From contig OZ024750.1 in the NCBI GenBank assembly GCA_964016885.1, positions 36,828,001 through 36,892,000 of the forward strand: DNA of 64,000 nucleotides, written 5' to 3'. Within the stretch, counting starts at the first letter, position 1, and every line of letters begins with the position of its first letter. A model generated the notes under the pieces. It saw only the letters and a list, made by a program, of their open reading frames with translations. It searched no databases and was not told the origin of the DNA. Below are positions 25,360 to 39,379 of this stretch, piece after piece. Position numbers and translations under genes: made by a program. The DNA comes from Eledone cirrhosa. Taxonomy: Eukaryota.

Positions 25360-25941
25360 ACATCATCATCATCATCATCATCGTTTAACGTCCATGTTCC
25401 ACGCTTGCATGGGTTTGGACGGGAGTTTTCCCACTTGAGGTAAGAGTGGTTGTCTTGCTTGCATAGGACTGTCTGGCGGGTTTTCTACAGTTGGATGCCC
25501 TTCCTAACACCAACAACATTTACAGTGTGGGGCTGGGAGGTTTTTACCGTGTTGCCTACACGGCCACATTACAGCGTGGACTGTCTGGCGGGATTTCTAC
25601 AGCTGGATGCTCTTCCTAACACCAACCACATTTACAGTGTGGGACTGGGAGGTTTTTACCGTGTTACCTACACGGCCACATTACAGCGTGGACTCTGTGT
25701 TTTTTTTGTCATGACACCTACACGATCTCATATGTTTCGACCTGGATGTTGTGGCACCAACATAACTTTACATTGAAAGGGGCGGTGTGGATGGGGGGGG
25801 GTATTTTGTTAGAGATGCCTGTCGACTGTAGTAGGTTTTACTTTGTATTTAGGTAAGGCGGGTCTTCTCTATTACTGAGTACCGCCAAAGGTCTTGGTCC
25901 AGTGACATTGTCTTGGAGAGGTGTAAGTGTGTGAGGTCGGA
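25360..25941 (-). mobile_element. RTE 3' end/3' UTR with internal duplication
   Basis: Homologous to 12833-13324. Confidence 0.85.
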
Positions 25942-26196
25942 CATATATTTAATCTTGTTTTTATCTGTATCTGGTAGTCAGCAATGTAGCAAAAAACGTA
26001 AGTTGCTGAGAACCTAATTTCAGACAGGGTTTCAATTTATTGTAACTATTTTCACTTCATTTATCATGAATTGTCTTCAGTAAAACATGAATGTCACAAC
26101 TTCTATTTACTTATCAAACAAAATCAATAGATTTAATTAACCATTAACCCCTACTCACAACATATAAACAATTGATTAATCATTATATTTGTGCAG

Positions 26197-26373
26197 TGAA
26201 TTGGCAGTATTGGTAGAGGGTCAGACATGCTTTCCAGCATAGTTACGTCCCTTTATGATCTGAGTTCAAATCCCGCCATGGTTAACTTTGCCTTTCATCC
26301 TTACGAGGTCGATAAAATAAAGTACCAGTAATGTACTGGGTAATTGCTGGCCTTGTGCCAAAAGTAGAAACAA
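26197..26373 (+). mobile_element. Meta-domain-like tRNA SINE with TSD
   Basis: ATTATATTTGTGCA on both sides. Confidence 0.85.
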
Positions 26374-27269
26374 TTATATTTGTGCAAGATAATAAAATAT
26401 TGGTTGATTTCTTGACCAGCTGCTAATGTCAAGATATAGCTTTTGAAATATATCTTTCTAAATATGTATATTTCATTTATATCTTTAAAAATATACTTAA
26501 TTATACCTTTAAAAATATACTTAAGTAATATTTCTATAGCTTCATACTTTAAAATTTATACAAGATAACATCATATACTATGGCTTAAGTGTAATGTTAA
26601 TTTATTGACACTAAATTCTTCTTCAGATGTTATATTGTGCAGTAGAAAATCTATTCTTTAATGAATTGATGCTATACCATCCTACAACTGAGTTGAAAAT
26701 TATTTCAATATCATAGACCTTTAGTAGAAATACCCAGGAAAGAAAGAGTCATGTTAACGAGACATCGGCGAATTAGATGAATTGTGAATGTAAGAAAATG
26801 GAAGGAACCAAAATGGAAGCAAACAGAATATGATTCACATGGAACACAGGAAAGAAAGTTAAATAATACAATAGCCTTACAATTCAATAGGCTGACAATC
26901 AATAAAGGCAAATGTGTTCTGAAATATATACATCTCATACTGTAAATCAGAGAAAAGGCTCAAACATAATTCTGAATAATTAGATGAAATATATTTGTGT
27001 TCAGCTTTATATGTATTGATTACTTTTAGTTAGTTTTTTCCCCTCATATTTGTATTCTATTCACAACTAGACTTAACTTGCTTCCTTTATAGTTGCTTCT
27101 TAACAAAGTCGTGCAGATTTACAAGTGTTCAACAAAGGATCTTATCTATCAATAATGGAGAAGTTAATGGTTTTACAAAACTGCTTCAAATTCCTTTATT
27201 ATTTTTAAAATGAACATTGAACATTGTATTATTTCATTAGAGATATGATTTCAAATGATTAAATCATCC

Positions 27270-28630
27270 CAGCTCCTTGGACTTGAGATCAACCCAACCA
27301 AGTAGGAGGTTACCAACATCAGCTACAGATAGGCTGAATTCTGCAACGGCATACTCTGCTCCTATCCCATCCTGGCTGGGGCTCGGCTGACACCGAAGAC
27401 CGTCACAAGTATGTGGATTTGTCCCGATTGGCATAAAGGCTGCGCCTCATTGACGCTCATCCTGCGCTCTTCCTCCACTCTTCCTCTTGAACTGCTTCGC
27501 CCTCCCCAAATTCACGTTTATGCTGCGCGGTGCACCTTGCTACCCCCACACAGATCTTCTCGGGGAACTTGACACCACCATTTGAAGCTGTGCGGAACAC
27601 TTCTGCAATGTCAGGTTGGCACAGGCGAAACTCCCAGTGACGTTCGGTGGCCTCGACCTCTGATCAGCTTCGGATCTGGCTTTACCTGCCTACCTCTCCT
27701 CTATCTCCTCCAGTCATGCTCTCATCAGCGAAGTTCTCAGCCAGACAGCTGAACCTGACCTGTCCCATGAGATGAAACATGCTCTGACCTACTGGACAGG
27801 CGAAGGCTTCTATGTCCCCAGTATAATACAGTCCAATGTAACTGGGACAACACCAAATGCAGGTCTTCTGTCAGGCGGATTGCATCTGGCTTGGACCAAC
27901 ACTGCCTCGCCTGCCTCCACTCCACTTCTCAGCCCAACAGCAGCGTGTGGATCAATTCGGTATCCTCGTCATCAACTGGTACCCTTCTTGATGATGAGTG
28001 CACTCTCATTGGAGTAGCCAAATGCCTTGGCCTTTGTGTGTGTGAGCCACATAAATGCCGCTCTGGGGCGGATGTTGGCAAGTTCAGCCAGCACCTCTGT
28101 CATGTCGCCAAAGCACAGGCCGGTTCCCTTGACACACCGCTCTCAACGACACTGTGAAGGAACCTGGACGCAGCTGGCTTTCCATCTCAACTGGAGCCAG
28201 CTGGCCTAGACCGCAGAGATGGCAAGTGCCCTGACGGAATCACCCTCTTCCCATTTAAAGGAGGTAGATCCCTCATCTGGGATGCCATCTGCTGCAACAT
28301 GTTCTCCACCTCCAGCTTAGTCGCTTTGGCCACGTGGCCCAGCTCGCCGAAAAATAAACAAATACCGGGGATTGTCTGGCCACTTCCTCTTCGCACTGGT
28401 TGCCATTGAGACCTCAGACTTACTTGGACCCCATACAGCTGAGCTCCTCCACAAGATCAGAACGTCGAGGAAGGAGCCCCACGAGGTTGGGTGACTGTTG
28501 CAGGAGGTGTCACTGGCCTTTGTCCGCGGGGTACAGCCATTCTGCCCTCCATGCCCTAGGCCCAAAGCCCAACCACTCTCCCCTCTCTTCTGTGACATTA
28601 GAGTTCTTGCCATCCCATCCCCTTCCTGTT
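27270..28630 (+). mobile_element. Decayed CRE-clade non-LTR retrotransposon (RT end, zinc knuckle, restriction-like endonuclease)
   Basis: Broken frames give QAKLPVTFGGL, CLGLCVCEPHKC, LEPAGLDRRDGKCPDGITLFPFKGGRSLIWD (PD..D RLE motif), AIETS. Confidence 0.85.
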
Positions 28631-28756
28631 CTTTTTTCTTTCTTTTTCTCTTTTCTCTCTATATTTTCATATTCTTTTTTTCTTTCGTTTCCTTTTCTTT
28701 TTTTATTACTGTTGTTATTATTGTCATCATCATTATTATTATTATTATTAAATACA

Positions 28757-28950
28757 GGTGGTGGATTGGCAGTATCGCTAGAGGGTCGGACGCCATGCTT
28801 TGATGCAAAGAGTTACGGCCCTTTCCATTCTAAGTTCAAATCCCGTCGAGGTTAACTTTGCCTTTCATCCTTACGGGGTCGATAAAATAAAGTACCAGTA
28901 ATGCACTGGGTAATTGCTGGCCTTGTGCCAAAACTAGAAACAATTATTAT
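28757..28950 (+). mobile_element. Meta-domain-like tRNA SINE
   Basis: Same family as 7991-8176. Confidence 0.85.
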
Positions 28951-29664
28951 TATTATCATTACTGTAAATAAAAATTAACCGTTTTAAAAAAGATATACAA
29001 AATATCCATCACATAATATACTACTACTAACTACTACTACTACTACTACTACAACAACTAAATTCATCCACTTCCTTGTGGTGACATGATAAAACCTTTC
29101 CATCTCACACTATCCAACATTAACTACCGCAATTCTTCACCAGATTCTTCCTCTATGATTCTCTTTAATGTCTTGAGAGGTCTTCCGTGTTTGCGTTTTT
29201 CATTAGTGGACTCCCATAGTAAAAGTTTTGTAGCAGGTTCATTGCCTTTCCTGACATGACCTAATATGGATGGTATATTACACAATATAGTCAAATAATT
29301 TTAGTTTTGATTTGAATTAAATTTCATGAGAATCACATTAGACAGTAAATAGAGCCTGATATCATACAGAGGTTGGCTATAATTTCAAATTAGATACATG
29401 ATTGAGTATCATTTCTCATATTTTGGTGGCTTGGCAAAATCGGTAGAGCGTCAAACAACATGCTTTGTGGCATAGAGTTATGGCTATTTACATTCAAATG
29501 CCGCTGATGTTAGCTTTGCCTTTCATCTTTATGGAGTCAATAAAATAATACCAGTAATGCACTGGGGTCGATTTAATTGACTTTCCTCTCCCCCAAATTA
29601 TTGGCCTTATGCCTAAATCAGAAACCATTATTTCTCATATTTGTGTTGTGTTTATACACACACT

Positions 29665-30060
29665 CATCATCTTCATCATCACCGTTTTACGTCTGTTCTT
29701 CCACGCGAGCATGGGTTAGACGGGTTGTCCTGTTGTGGGCAGTGTCCGGTCGGCTGACCTTGTCTTGCTCATACGGGAACTGATTCTGGCTTGATTTCTA
29801 CAGCTGGATGCCCTTCCTAACACCAACCTCATTTACAGTGAGTGCTGGGTGCTTTTTTTCCATGGTGCCTTCACATCCACTTTACAGTGGAGTGATATGT
29901 ATCCCAGTCCTATCATCTCATTTCTACAGCTGAGTAAACTGGAGCAATATGAAATAAAGTGTCTTGCTCAAGGAAACAACACATCACCTGGTCCGAGAAG
30001 TGAACTCACAACCTTTCGATTGCAAGCCCAATGCTCTAACCACTAAGCCATGTGCCTTCA
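29665..30060 (-). mobile_element. tRNA SINE with RTE-type tail
   Basis: Homologous to 18055-18388. Confidence 0.85.
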
Positions 30061-31774
30061 CACTATATATATATATACAAAACAGATACTTAGCTACAGC
30101 TGATGAAACTTAACAATCACTGATGGCCATGGATTTTGGGACCCACTTATACAGTAATCCAGGATTTATGTTCACAAATCATAGATGGATCCGTCAGAGA
30201 AGAGTGAAGGAACATTTTGACAACATATTCATCTTTTAATTTAGTCCTAAATCAACTCATACTGCAATACATATATTTATAGGTGAGACTTTACAAATGT
30301 CATTATATATGGATTGGCAATATCGGCAGAGCGTTGGACAGCATACTTAGTGGCATATAGTTATGGTCCTTTATGTTTTGAGTTCAAATCCCACAGTGGT
30401 TAGCTTTGCCTTTCATCCTTACGTGGTCAATAAATTAAAGTACCAGTAATGTACTAGGGTCAATTTAATCGACTTGCCCCTTCCCCTAAAATTGCTGACC
30501 TTGTGCCTAAATCAGAAACCCTTATTTGAATTTAACATTCATCATAACACATGTTTTTAATGAAAATCCATGTGAAAGGCATTTATCAGTGAAACAGCTG
30601 TACATGTTAGTTCACAGCTTCAAAAGCTATAATTATAACGATCTCTAAAAACCTGAATACAGCAATGAGTTGCCAAGATTTTAATAACCAGTTTGCTGAT
30701 CTGCTAAAATTTTATCTAGCTGTTCCATTAAACAAAACAAAAACAAAATACAACTCTGAATTTGGCAATAAAATATTAACAACACTGCAAAAATATTCGA
30801 GTAGACCAAATTAATTATGAAATTCTTTCATCATCGAATATATATGTTTGTCCTTTGAACACTTTATTTAATATATAAATATACTTAATATATAAATGTA
30901 TACATATACAGTGAAGAGATGAAGAGTTGAATACTTTTGTCTGTCTCATAGTAATATTTGCAATTAAATTCTAAAATAAAATATAATAGAGAACTGTAAA
31001 TAATGGACATTAAAACAAAGCTGTTTCATGTTATAGTGAGAAATAAAGATTATATTTTAAATTTAAACTCAACAAATCAATATTCTCTTTTCTCTTCTTT
31101 TGCTCACCCCAGGCAAAGCAATAAAGCCACTAAAATACAAGGGGGTTACTGAGAAGGGAGGACAAAACAGAGAGTACATAATTCAAGAGATTCAAGTTAG
31201 TGGTCAGGCAAGTAAGAAAGGTAGTGGTCAGGCAAGAGGTGCGAGGGCAGACACTATCAGAATAGAATTTCTGATTATATTTAGGAATTTCAACTGTAAA
31301 ATATGAAACCTTTCCATCAGTCTGGGGCTCCATTTAAACCTATGGATATGAGGCAACCAAGAGAAAAACTCATAAGAACAATTCCCAAGAAAATATTTAT
31401 AAAAAAAATGTAAAGAGAGGCATCATTTCTAAAGTATGATAGTGACTGAGGAGACATGATAAGTTAAGACCAAAATGTTGGCAATATGGATAAACAATTA
31501 ATAAATATATTGTGTACACAGAGCAATTGGAATATTTTCAAATATTTTATATGCACCATACATTTTATTTTGTCATCTCCACTTAAATACTTTCAAATCA
31601 CTATCAAATAGTTCTTATGTATCATTCATCTTCAGTATTTTATTGAATGCTTCAATATTTTATTGACATAAAATCAATATATTCTGTATGTGTGTGTGCA
31701 TGGAAATTAGCAAAACAAACAAAATTTCTACTGTAGTTTATAATACAATAGTTATAATCATCATCAATACATTT

Positions 31775-31997
31775 TTCCATCTGTTTCCTATTTGTTTCAC
31801 ATCTGTTTCCTATTTGTTTTACATGTTTCCTATTTGTTTCACATCTGTTTCCTATTTGTTTCACATCTGTTTCCTATTTGTTTTACATGTTTCCTATTTG
31901 TTTTACATCTGTTTCCTATTTGTTTTCCATGTTTCCTATTTGTTTTACATGTTTTACATCTGTTTTCATGTTTTCCATTTCTTTTACATCTGTTTTC
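31775..31997. repeat. About 22-bp minisatellite (TGTTTCCTATTTGTTTTACATC)
   Basis: Direct reading. Confidence 0.9.
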
Positions 31998-33855
31998 AAT
32001 CTTGGCAAGATTGGATGGTTTGTCACACTTTGTGACTAGACAGGTCAGATGACCATGACTGACCATGTTGCATTTTGGCGTAAATGCTTCAGGACTGGAT
32101 GCCTTTCCTAACACCAAATGCTTTGCAGCATGCAATTGGTTTATTTTATCATAACAGCAGCTCAACTGCTTTACAGAGAGGGCTGGATGAATTTTATTAT
32201 GGCACTAGCACTTACAGAATGTATTGAGTGCATTTTATTGTAGCATCATCTATACGTCTTTGGGTGGGTGAATCATTGTGTCCTTAGTGTGGTAGTGATA
32301 AGAGCATGCCAGCAGTTGCACTGTGGAAAGAGGCAGGGGTAATGGCAACTACATATTGCTCGCTGAGAACCTCATTACAGAGAGAGAGAGAGAGAGATAA
32401 CAAGTGTTATGTAGTGGAGTTGGTCCCGAAGAGAGAGGGTGATGACTGAGAGCTGTAAACATAGTGAGGTAGGACAATCAAAGGGGTAGATTTATAAGAT
32501 TGTTGGGTATATACCCCTCTTTATGTGGACAGGAGGTAACGGTTTGCTGGACATAGATAGCTAAGGTGCTGGAATAACTAAGCACCCTAATGGACATCAC
32601 TTAATACATCAATAAAGTGAGCCACCAAAAATGACACAAACCACACTATCAGTCCTCCATGTCACAAATGCCACAGGATGAAAAAAATTAGTTTGCCTAC
32701 AATTTCTGATATTTTAGAATTTTATTCCATTCTGTTATGGTTGTTGTGACCCTCTGTACGTAACCCTTGAGAAATAACATAGATTTCAGAAAACAGTTAA
32801 TTCCACCTATTAAAAAAGAGCTAATTGCACCTAACCCAATAAACACAGCTAATTCCATTTAATAAAAAAACAGCTAATAAGAAAAAAAACCCAGATAAAT
32901 CCTTCTAATAAAAAGCATCAAATAAAAACAGCTAATTCTAGCTAATAAAATAAAAAGCCCTAGTTAAATCTTTCTAATTAAAAGCAGTTAAATCATTCTG
33001 ATAAAAAACAATTAATTCTAGCTAATAAAAAACAGCTAATTCAACCTAATATAAAACAGCTAATTCCCCTTAATAAAAACAGCTAAGACCCTCATGTTCC
33101 ATTTAAAAACTGATTAACATAAAGCTGTAAAATCCTTTCCTTAACAATTATTTCAATTAACAAAATTCTAAGTATTTTCTCATCCATGCTAGATTTATTA
33201 CCATTTTATCACCTGCTTTCTTAAGACAGATTGAATAAAGAAGATTTATACAATATCCTCTCCGTGTGAAGCTTAAATTTGTAATATATGATTGTTAAAT
33301 TCCCTTATTTCAGTATTTCTGTTACTTAATTCTTATATATACATATATCTTCTGTTAGTAATGTAGTAATTCTGGAAATAATGTAGTTTTAAATAAGGAT
33401 ATCTATTAGTAATATTTGTCTACAAAAAACAACCAGTTGTCTTGGATATGGCTACTAATAGCTAGTATAGTCACTTTCTCAACTAACCTACTTTTCTCTA
33501 GGTAAACTCCTTTAGCTTATCTGCTGAAAATTTATTTGTACATAGTACAAAATATTTTCTATGAGGGAATAAATATTGGTTTCTGGGAGACCCTACTGCC
33601 ATATAAACACATTCTACTTGATAATAAAAACCAGAATGGAAAAGAAATATGAATAGATACAAAAATAATATAAATATTTCAATATAGTTTACTTCAGTGC
33701 TGGAGATAACTCATATTTCTCTCTCATTTCCATTCTTCTTAATGTTTTGTCTTGCTATAGATACAAACATGTCACAGAGGTCAGTTCTGTAAACCATTTC
33801 TTTCAGTTTTTATCAATACTTTTCCTTTTCTCTTCGAATGCATTCATAAAATGTT

Positions 33856-33924
<69 letters not shown>

Positions 33925-34289
33925 GATATATTAACAAATGGAAACTATATTTATAAAACCATATTTATTTCATTATACATATTTCAAGGACACCAAGTCA
34001 AATTATGGTGCGCTTTCATCAGATAAAATATAATATAGATCAGTTTTATAAATAAATATTGACATACCCTTAAAGAATGTGACCATTTCTGTTGCTTTAT
34101 ATCAGTTATAAAAATATTTGCTTGTTGTATCCCAACAAATTAAATATAACTTCTACATATATATATATATATATATACACACTTTTATACACACACTTAT
34201 ATATATATATATACACACACACATGTATATATATACATACACACTTCATTTCTACAGCTGAGTAAACTGGAGCAATGTGAAATAAATTA

Positions 34290-34716
34290 CCCACACCGCC
34301 CCTTTCAATGTAAAGTTATGTTGGTCCCACAACATCCAGGCCGAAACAAATGAGATCGTGTAGGTGTCACGACAAAAAACACACAGTCCACGCTGTAAAT
34401 GTGGCCGTGTAGGCAACACGGTAAAAACCTCCCAGCCCCACACTGTAAATGTGGTTGGTGTTAGGAAGGGCATCCAGCTGTAGAAAACCCGCCAGACCGT
34501 CCACGCTGTAATGTGGCCGTGTAGGCAACACGGTAAAAACCTCCCAGCCCCACACTGTAAATGTGGTTGGTGTTAGGAAGGGCATCCAACTGTAGAAAAC
34601 CCGCCAGACAGTCCTATGCGAGCAAGACAACCACTCTTGCCTCAAGTGGGAAAACCCCCGTCCAAACCCATGCAAGCGTGGAACACGGACGCTAAACCTG
34701 ATGATGATGATGATGA

Positions 34717-34720
<4 letters not shown>
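34290..34720 (+). mobile_element. RTE 3' UTR copy
   Basis: Homologous to 13005-13324; (GAT)n tail. Confidence 0.85.
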
Positions 34721-34774
<54 letters not shown>

Positions 34775-34783
34775 GAGTGAGGT

Positions 34784-35470
34784 TTGCTCTTCCTCTCGAC
34801 CACATCATCCTCTGTATTCCCAATCTTTGCTCCCAAATACAGGAAGTCCTCAACCAATTCTAGTGGCTGCCCGCCTACATTAGTAATCTTCTCTGGCTTC
34901 TTAATATTCTCTATCAGATATTTTGTCTTAATCTCATTCATTCTCAGCCCCATACCCATCGACACAGTTACCACCTCCTGTATCAAATCCTCTGCCTCCT
35001 TCACTGTGTTTGTCACAAAAACTATGTTGTTGGCAAATTCAGCATCCGATATATTTTTTGCCTTAACTCACCTGCTCTGAGCCGGTGTTACAGTAAAGCC
35101 AGAGTCCTGGTGGATGGGTGCTACATGAGAAAGCTGAGGATGGCTCTGAACATTAATCAGTATACACTGAAGAACTCAGAGCTGTACAGGAGCCTCCCAA
35201 AAGTCAGCTCAAAAGTCACACAGAAGAGACTGAGGTTAGCTGGACATGCTCACCGACATCCAGAGTTGACACTGCACTCAGTGCTCCTCTGGGAGCCCCA
35301 TATGGACACACTGGAAGAGGAAGATCGAAGTTAACATATGTTGATGCCCTAAGGACAGACACTGGTCTGTTGGAGATGCAGGACATCGCAGCGATGATGA
35401 GGGACAGAGACCGCTGGAGAGAACTCATCCATGGATCTCGGGAATTTTACCCACCCTAGATAGATAGATA
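34784..35470 (+). mobile_element. 5'-inverted RTE-like LINE insertion
   Basis: 34784-35109 encodes RT (EFANN~FADD, KTKY, FLYLG) on minus; 35110-35460 encodes the C-terminus (DGCY, RLRLAGH, LLWEP) on plus, then an (AGAT)n tail. Confidence 0.8.
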
Positions 35471-35494
35471 TCATCATCATGATCATCACCGTTT

Positions 35495-35893
35495 TACTAT
35501 ACTATATATTTTCAACAGTAATACAGTACTATATATTTTCAACAGTAATACTGTACTATATATTTTCACCAGTAATACTATACCATCTATTTTCAACAGT
35601 AATACTATACTATATGTTTTCAACAGTAATATTATACTATATATTTTCAACAGTAATACTGTACTGTACTATACATTTTCAACAGTAATACTATACTATA
35701 CTATATATTTTCAACTGTAATACTATACTATATGTTTTCAACAGTAATATTATACTATATATTTTCAACTGTAATACTATACTATAGGTTTTCAACAGTC
35801 ATACTATACTATATATTTTCAACAGTAATACTGTACTATATATTTTGAACAGTAATACTATACTATATATTTTCAACAGTAATACTATACTAC
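35495..35893. repeat. About 27-bp minisatellite (ATATTTTCAACAGTAATACTATACTAT)
   Basis: Direct reading. Confidence 0.9.
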
Positions 35894-36312
35894 ACAGTCG
35901 GCTTATCGTCTGTTTATCCAAGCGAAGCTAGGTACGTCAGCTATACATATATATGTCTGGATGCCATAGAACACGCCAATGGTAACCGGGTGCCAGCCGG
36001 ACGGGCCAGCTAGTAATATATAAAGAAGAAATTCGAAGCATGGAAGCAGGGATGAGAAAGAAGGGGGCTCAAAGTCAATCTGTCAAAGACTTGTAATTAG
36101 GCGAGAAAACATTATATTATATATTGGCAGTATCGGTAGAGGATCAGACACCATGCTTTGCAACAAAGAGTTACGGCCCTTGCCATTCTGAGTTCAAATC
36201 CTGCCAAGGTTAACTTTGCCTTTCATCCTTACGGGGTCGATAAAATAAAGTGCCAGTAATACACTGGGTATTTGCTGGCCTTGTCCCAAAAGTAGAAACA
36301 ATTATATTATAT

Positions 36313-36343
<31 letters not shown>

Positions 36344-36744
36344 ATATATATATATAATATATATATATAATATATCTATCTATATATATATAATAATGTG
36401 AAGTCGCATGGCTTAATGGTTAGAGCATTGGGCTTGCAATCAAAATTCTCGGACCGGGTGATGTGTTGTTTCCTTGAGCAAGACACTTTATTTCACATTG
36501 CTCCAGTTTGCTCAGCTGTAGAAATGAGATGAAGAGGTACCAGCCTGCCCACCCAGCCAGTGGGATGGCGTTATCTTATGGCTAAAACAGCACGACATAC
36601 TGTGACCAGCGGCGCCGAATGGACACCCAACAGACTGCTCAGTCAAGGTGATATATATAATAGATATATAATATATCTATATATATATATATATATACAT
36701 ATTATATATATATATAGTATATATATCTATCTATATATAATATA

Positions 36745-37811
36745 CTAGCTGAGATACCCGGTTATTCCCCGGGTATTTTATTAAAGTTACAATATTTGAT
36801 CATTGAAATATGAATGCTGAATTTTAACTAAAGTAGGAATTATAGCAGAATATTTATTGCTGTTTGTTTAAAGCAAATCATAGATAAAAATATTATTAGT
36901 TTTGTCCAGTGGTGATTTTTTTAATACTGCTCCCTATTACAGTCAGCATATATAATGCTTTGCACTTCGAAGAATCATTAGGTATGTTGTCAGTGAATAG
37001 GGCATGACCAAAAAAATAAATTTAGATTTTATTAATCAATTTTTTTTTTTTTGCGAATTCAGAACCTCTGAAATTCAAACAAAATATGAAGGCTATTTTG
37101 TTTGAATAAAATGAAATAAAAAATAAATATACTATTGGTTGATGAATGAATGAAGAATTTACTTACTCATTTCTGTAATTCAGGAAAGTTTATTTAAATG
37201 TGAGTGTGGTAAATATATACATATACACCAGACATCAAACTCCCATGTCACTGCCTCCATCTCTCCCGATCTCCCCATCACTCACTATTATGAGCAAATG
37301 GGGGCCCACGCACTGGCCGCCCAGCAGCCCCAGCGGTCGGAATAGAGGATCGTGAGGGAGACACGCTGGAAAATCCATTCCAGCCTGCGAGGCTCACCCC
37401 TGCTGGTAGCCAACTCTTTGCCGATGGTGGTGAGTTGGGAGGTAGCCCTAGAGCCAAGGACACCAGACCTCTCCATTGCTATGGGCTCAACAACAAACCT
37501 GTCGGAGAGCGACCGATATTTGGAGAGTTTACGTTCCTTGGCCCAAAGTTTGGCAGAGCCTGGGTTGACTAAAATTTTACACTGTAGCTTTCACCAACTT
37601 TTACCTCTATGGCAGTAGGATCTTGTTTGAGGGAGATTTGTTTTCTATTTCTTTTAGGTACACCAACAGTTATAGTGGCTTCCATGACATACAGACACGC
37701 CTGCATGTGTGTGTGTTTGTGTGTGTAAGACTGTTCGCTGGGATTTGAAATGGATTTTGCCAATATTTCTTGTAGATCGAGGTGTCACATACAACCTTTC
37801 CTTTTTGCTTC

Positions 37812-37842
<31 letters not shown>

Positions 37843-38490
37843 CATACATGAGACAGTAGACTGGGATATATATGTCTCTAACTTAAGTACGGTGATAAAC
37901 ACACACACACACACTTAAGTACAGTGACAAACACACACACACTTGTCTCTAATTTAAGAACGCCGAGGCACACACATGTACGCTCACATACACACACAGT
38001 CTCATTACGACTTTTGTGAAAGAGAGAGAGAAAGAGAAGTAACGTTAAGAAAGGAGTTAAAGAAGCGCTTAAAAAATAAATAAATTAAAGTTTGTTATGG
38101 ATCTATGTTATCAATATTCTGTTTTCTTTCTCTCTCTTCCCTAATCCCCCCTCTCTTTCTTTGGCTATCTCTCTCTCATCCCCTCTCTTTCTCTATTATC
38201 TCCTCTCTCTCATCCCTTCTCTCTCTTTCTCTATAGAATGAAGAACAAAAAGAACAAATAAGTTGTTGCCTCCTTTTGCAGGACTGAGTTGTAGGTGGAG
38301 AAAGGGGAGTAGTGGGAGGGAGGGTTTAATATCCCCAGGGGTTCCATTATTGATTTTTATTGAAATCCAATTAACTAGTCCTGTTCCTGAATATTAGCTT
38401 AACATGTCTGTAAAGTTTCGTCAGGATCGGATCAATGGTTTAGACGCCAACTTGTAACACACAGACAGAAATTGCCATTTATATAGTAGA
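36745..38490 (-). mobile_element. Non-autonomous Helitron
   Basis: Minus strand starts A|TCTACTATATAAA and ends with hairpin CCCGG...CCGGG then CTAG|T (AT target, no TSD); internal CA/CT microsatellites. Confidence 0.8.
37270..37620 (-). mobile_element. CRE-clade LINE 3' fragment nested in the Helitron
   Basis: KERKLSKYRSLSDRFVVEPIAMERSGVLG...IGKEL...GEPR..EWIFQRVSL. Confidence 0.8.
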
Positions 38491-38492
38491 TC

Positions 38493-38527
<35 letters not shown>

Positions 38528-38533
38528 TAGATA

Positions 38534-38620
<87 letters not shown>

Positions 38621-38621
<1 letters not shown>

Positions 38622-39097
38622 GGGTAACAAATAATAGTTATATGCAGTCCACCTGACCTACATTGTTTATAAACACTGGCTTATCTTTACGCTTGATATA
38701 ATACACCCTACGACACTCTTTACATGTCAATTTTATACATCTGCTTCATGTCAGCTAGTTTTACACGCTAAAATCTTAGATATACTATACCCCCCACCTA
38801 TGATGTTGTGATCATCTCAAATAATTTATTGCTAGCATTGTTGATACTGTTGTTATTGTTCTAACTGAATGCCATTACTATATCATATAGTAGCCTGTAT
38901 ATTCCTTTCATGCCTGTCTATTCTCTTCATTCTCATAAGCTCCGAAGAACTGACTGGTTATAATTTTGTATTGGCGATCGAGTAACGTGAAAACAAGCGG
39001 ATAGCGATCTCTAGACCTACCAGTTCAGAGAAACAATTGTCAGCAGTGAGATTAAAAACCTTTTTTGTATAGCAAACCGTGTCAATCTTCTTTCCTG

Positions 39098-39100
<3 letters not shown>
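38621..39100 (+). mobile_element. (TA)n-flanked non-coding HHR element
   Basis: 480 bp of unique sequence between two long pure (TA)n tracts; HHR followed by ATTAAA. Confidence 0.7.
38931..39051 (+). ncRNA. Type I hammerhead ribozyme, long stem II, GUC site
   Basis: TCTCAT-aa-GCT-CCGAAGA-a-CTGACTGGT...ACCAGTTCAG-a-GAAA-CAATTG-TC-AGC-a-GTGAGA; U4>C; palindromic stem III ACAATTGT. Confidence 0.8.
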
Positions 39101-39183
<83 letters not shown>

Positions 39184-39379
39184 CACACACACACAAATGT
39201 GTGATAGCCAGATTTAGAATGAGTTGGAGGGGGTTTAGGGACCTAGTACTTCTGGCAATTGTGGGGAAGGCTCTGAATGTGTGGGAGCTGGAGGAAAAAT
39301 AGGGTGCTAGTAACTCTGCTGACAATGGGAGTTTCTCTCTTGCTAGGCTGTATGATGCCTGGGTGTAAGTACAAAGCGA

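Noticed and set aside
30100-30110. CTGATGAAAC hammerhead-like core
   Set aside because: No stem II or supporting stems
31113-31306. Plus-strand ORF after a polypyrimidine acceptor
   Set aside because: No recognisable protein similarity or partner exons
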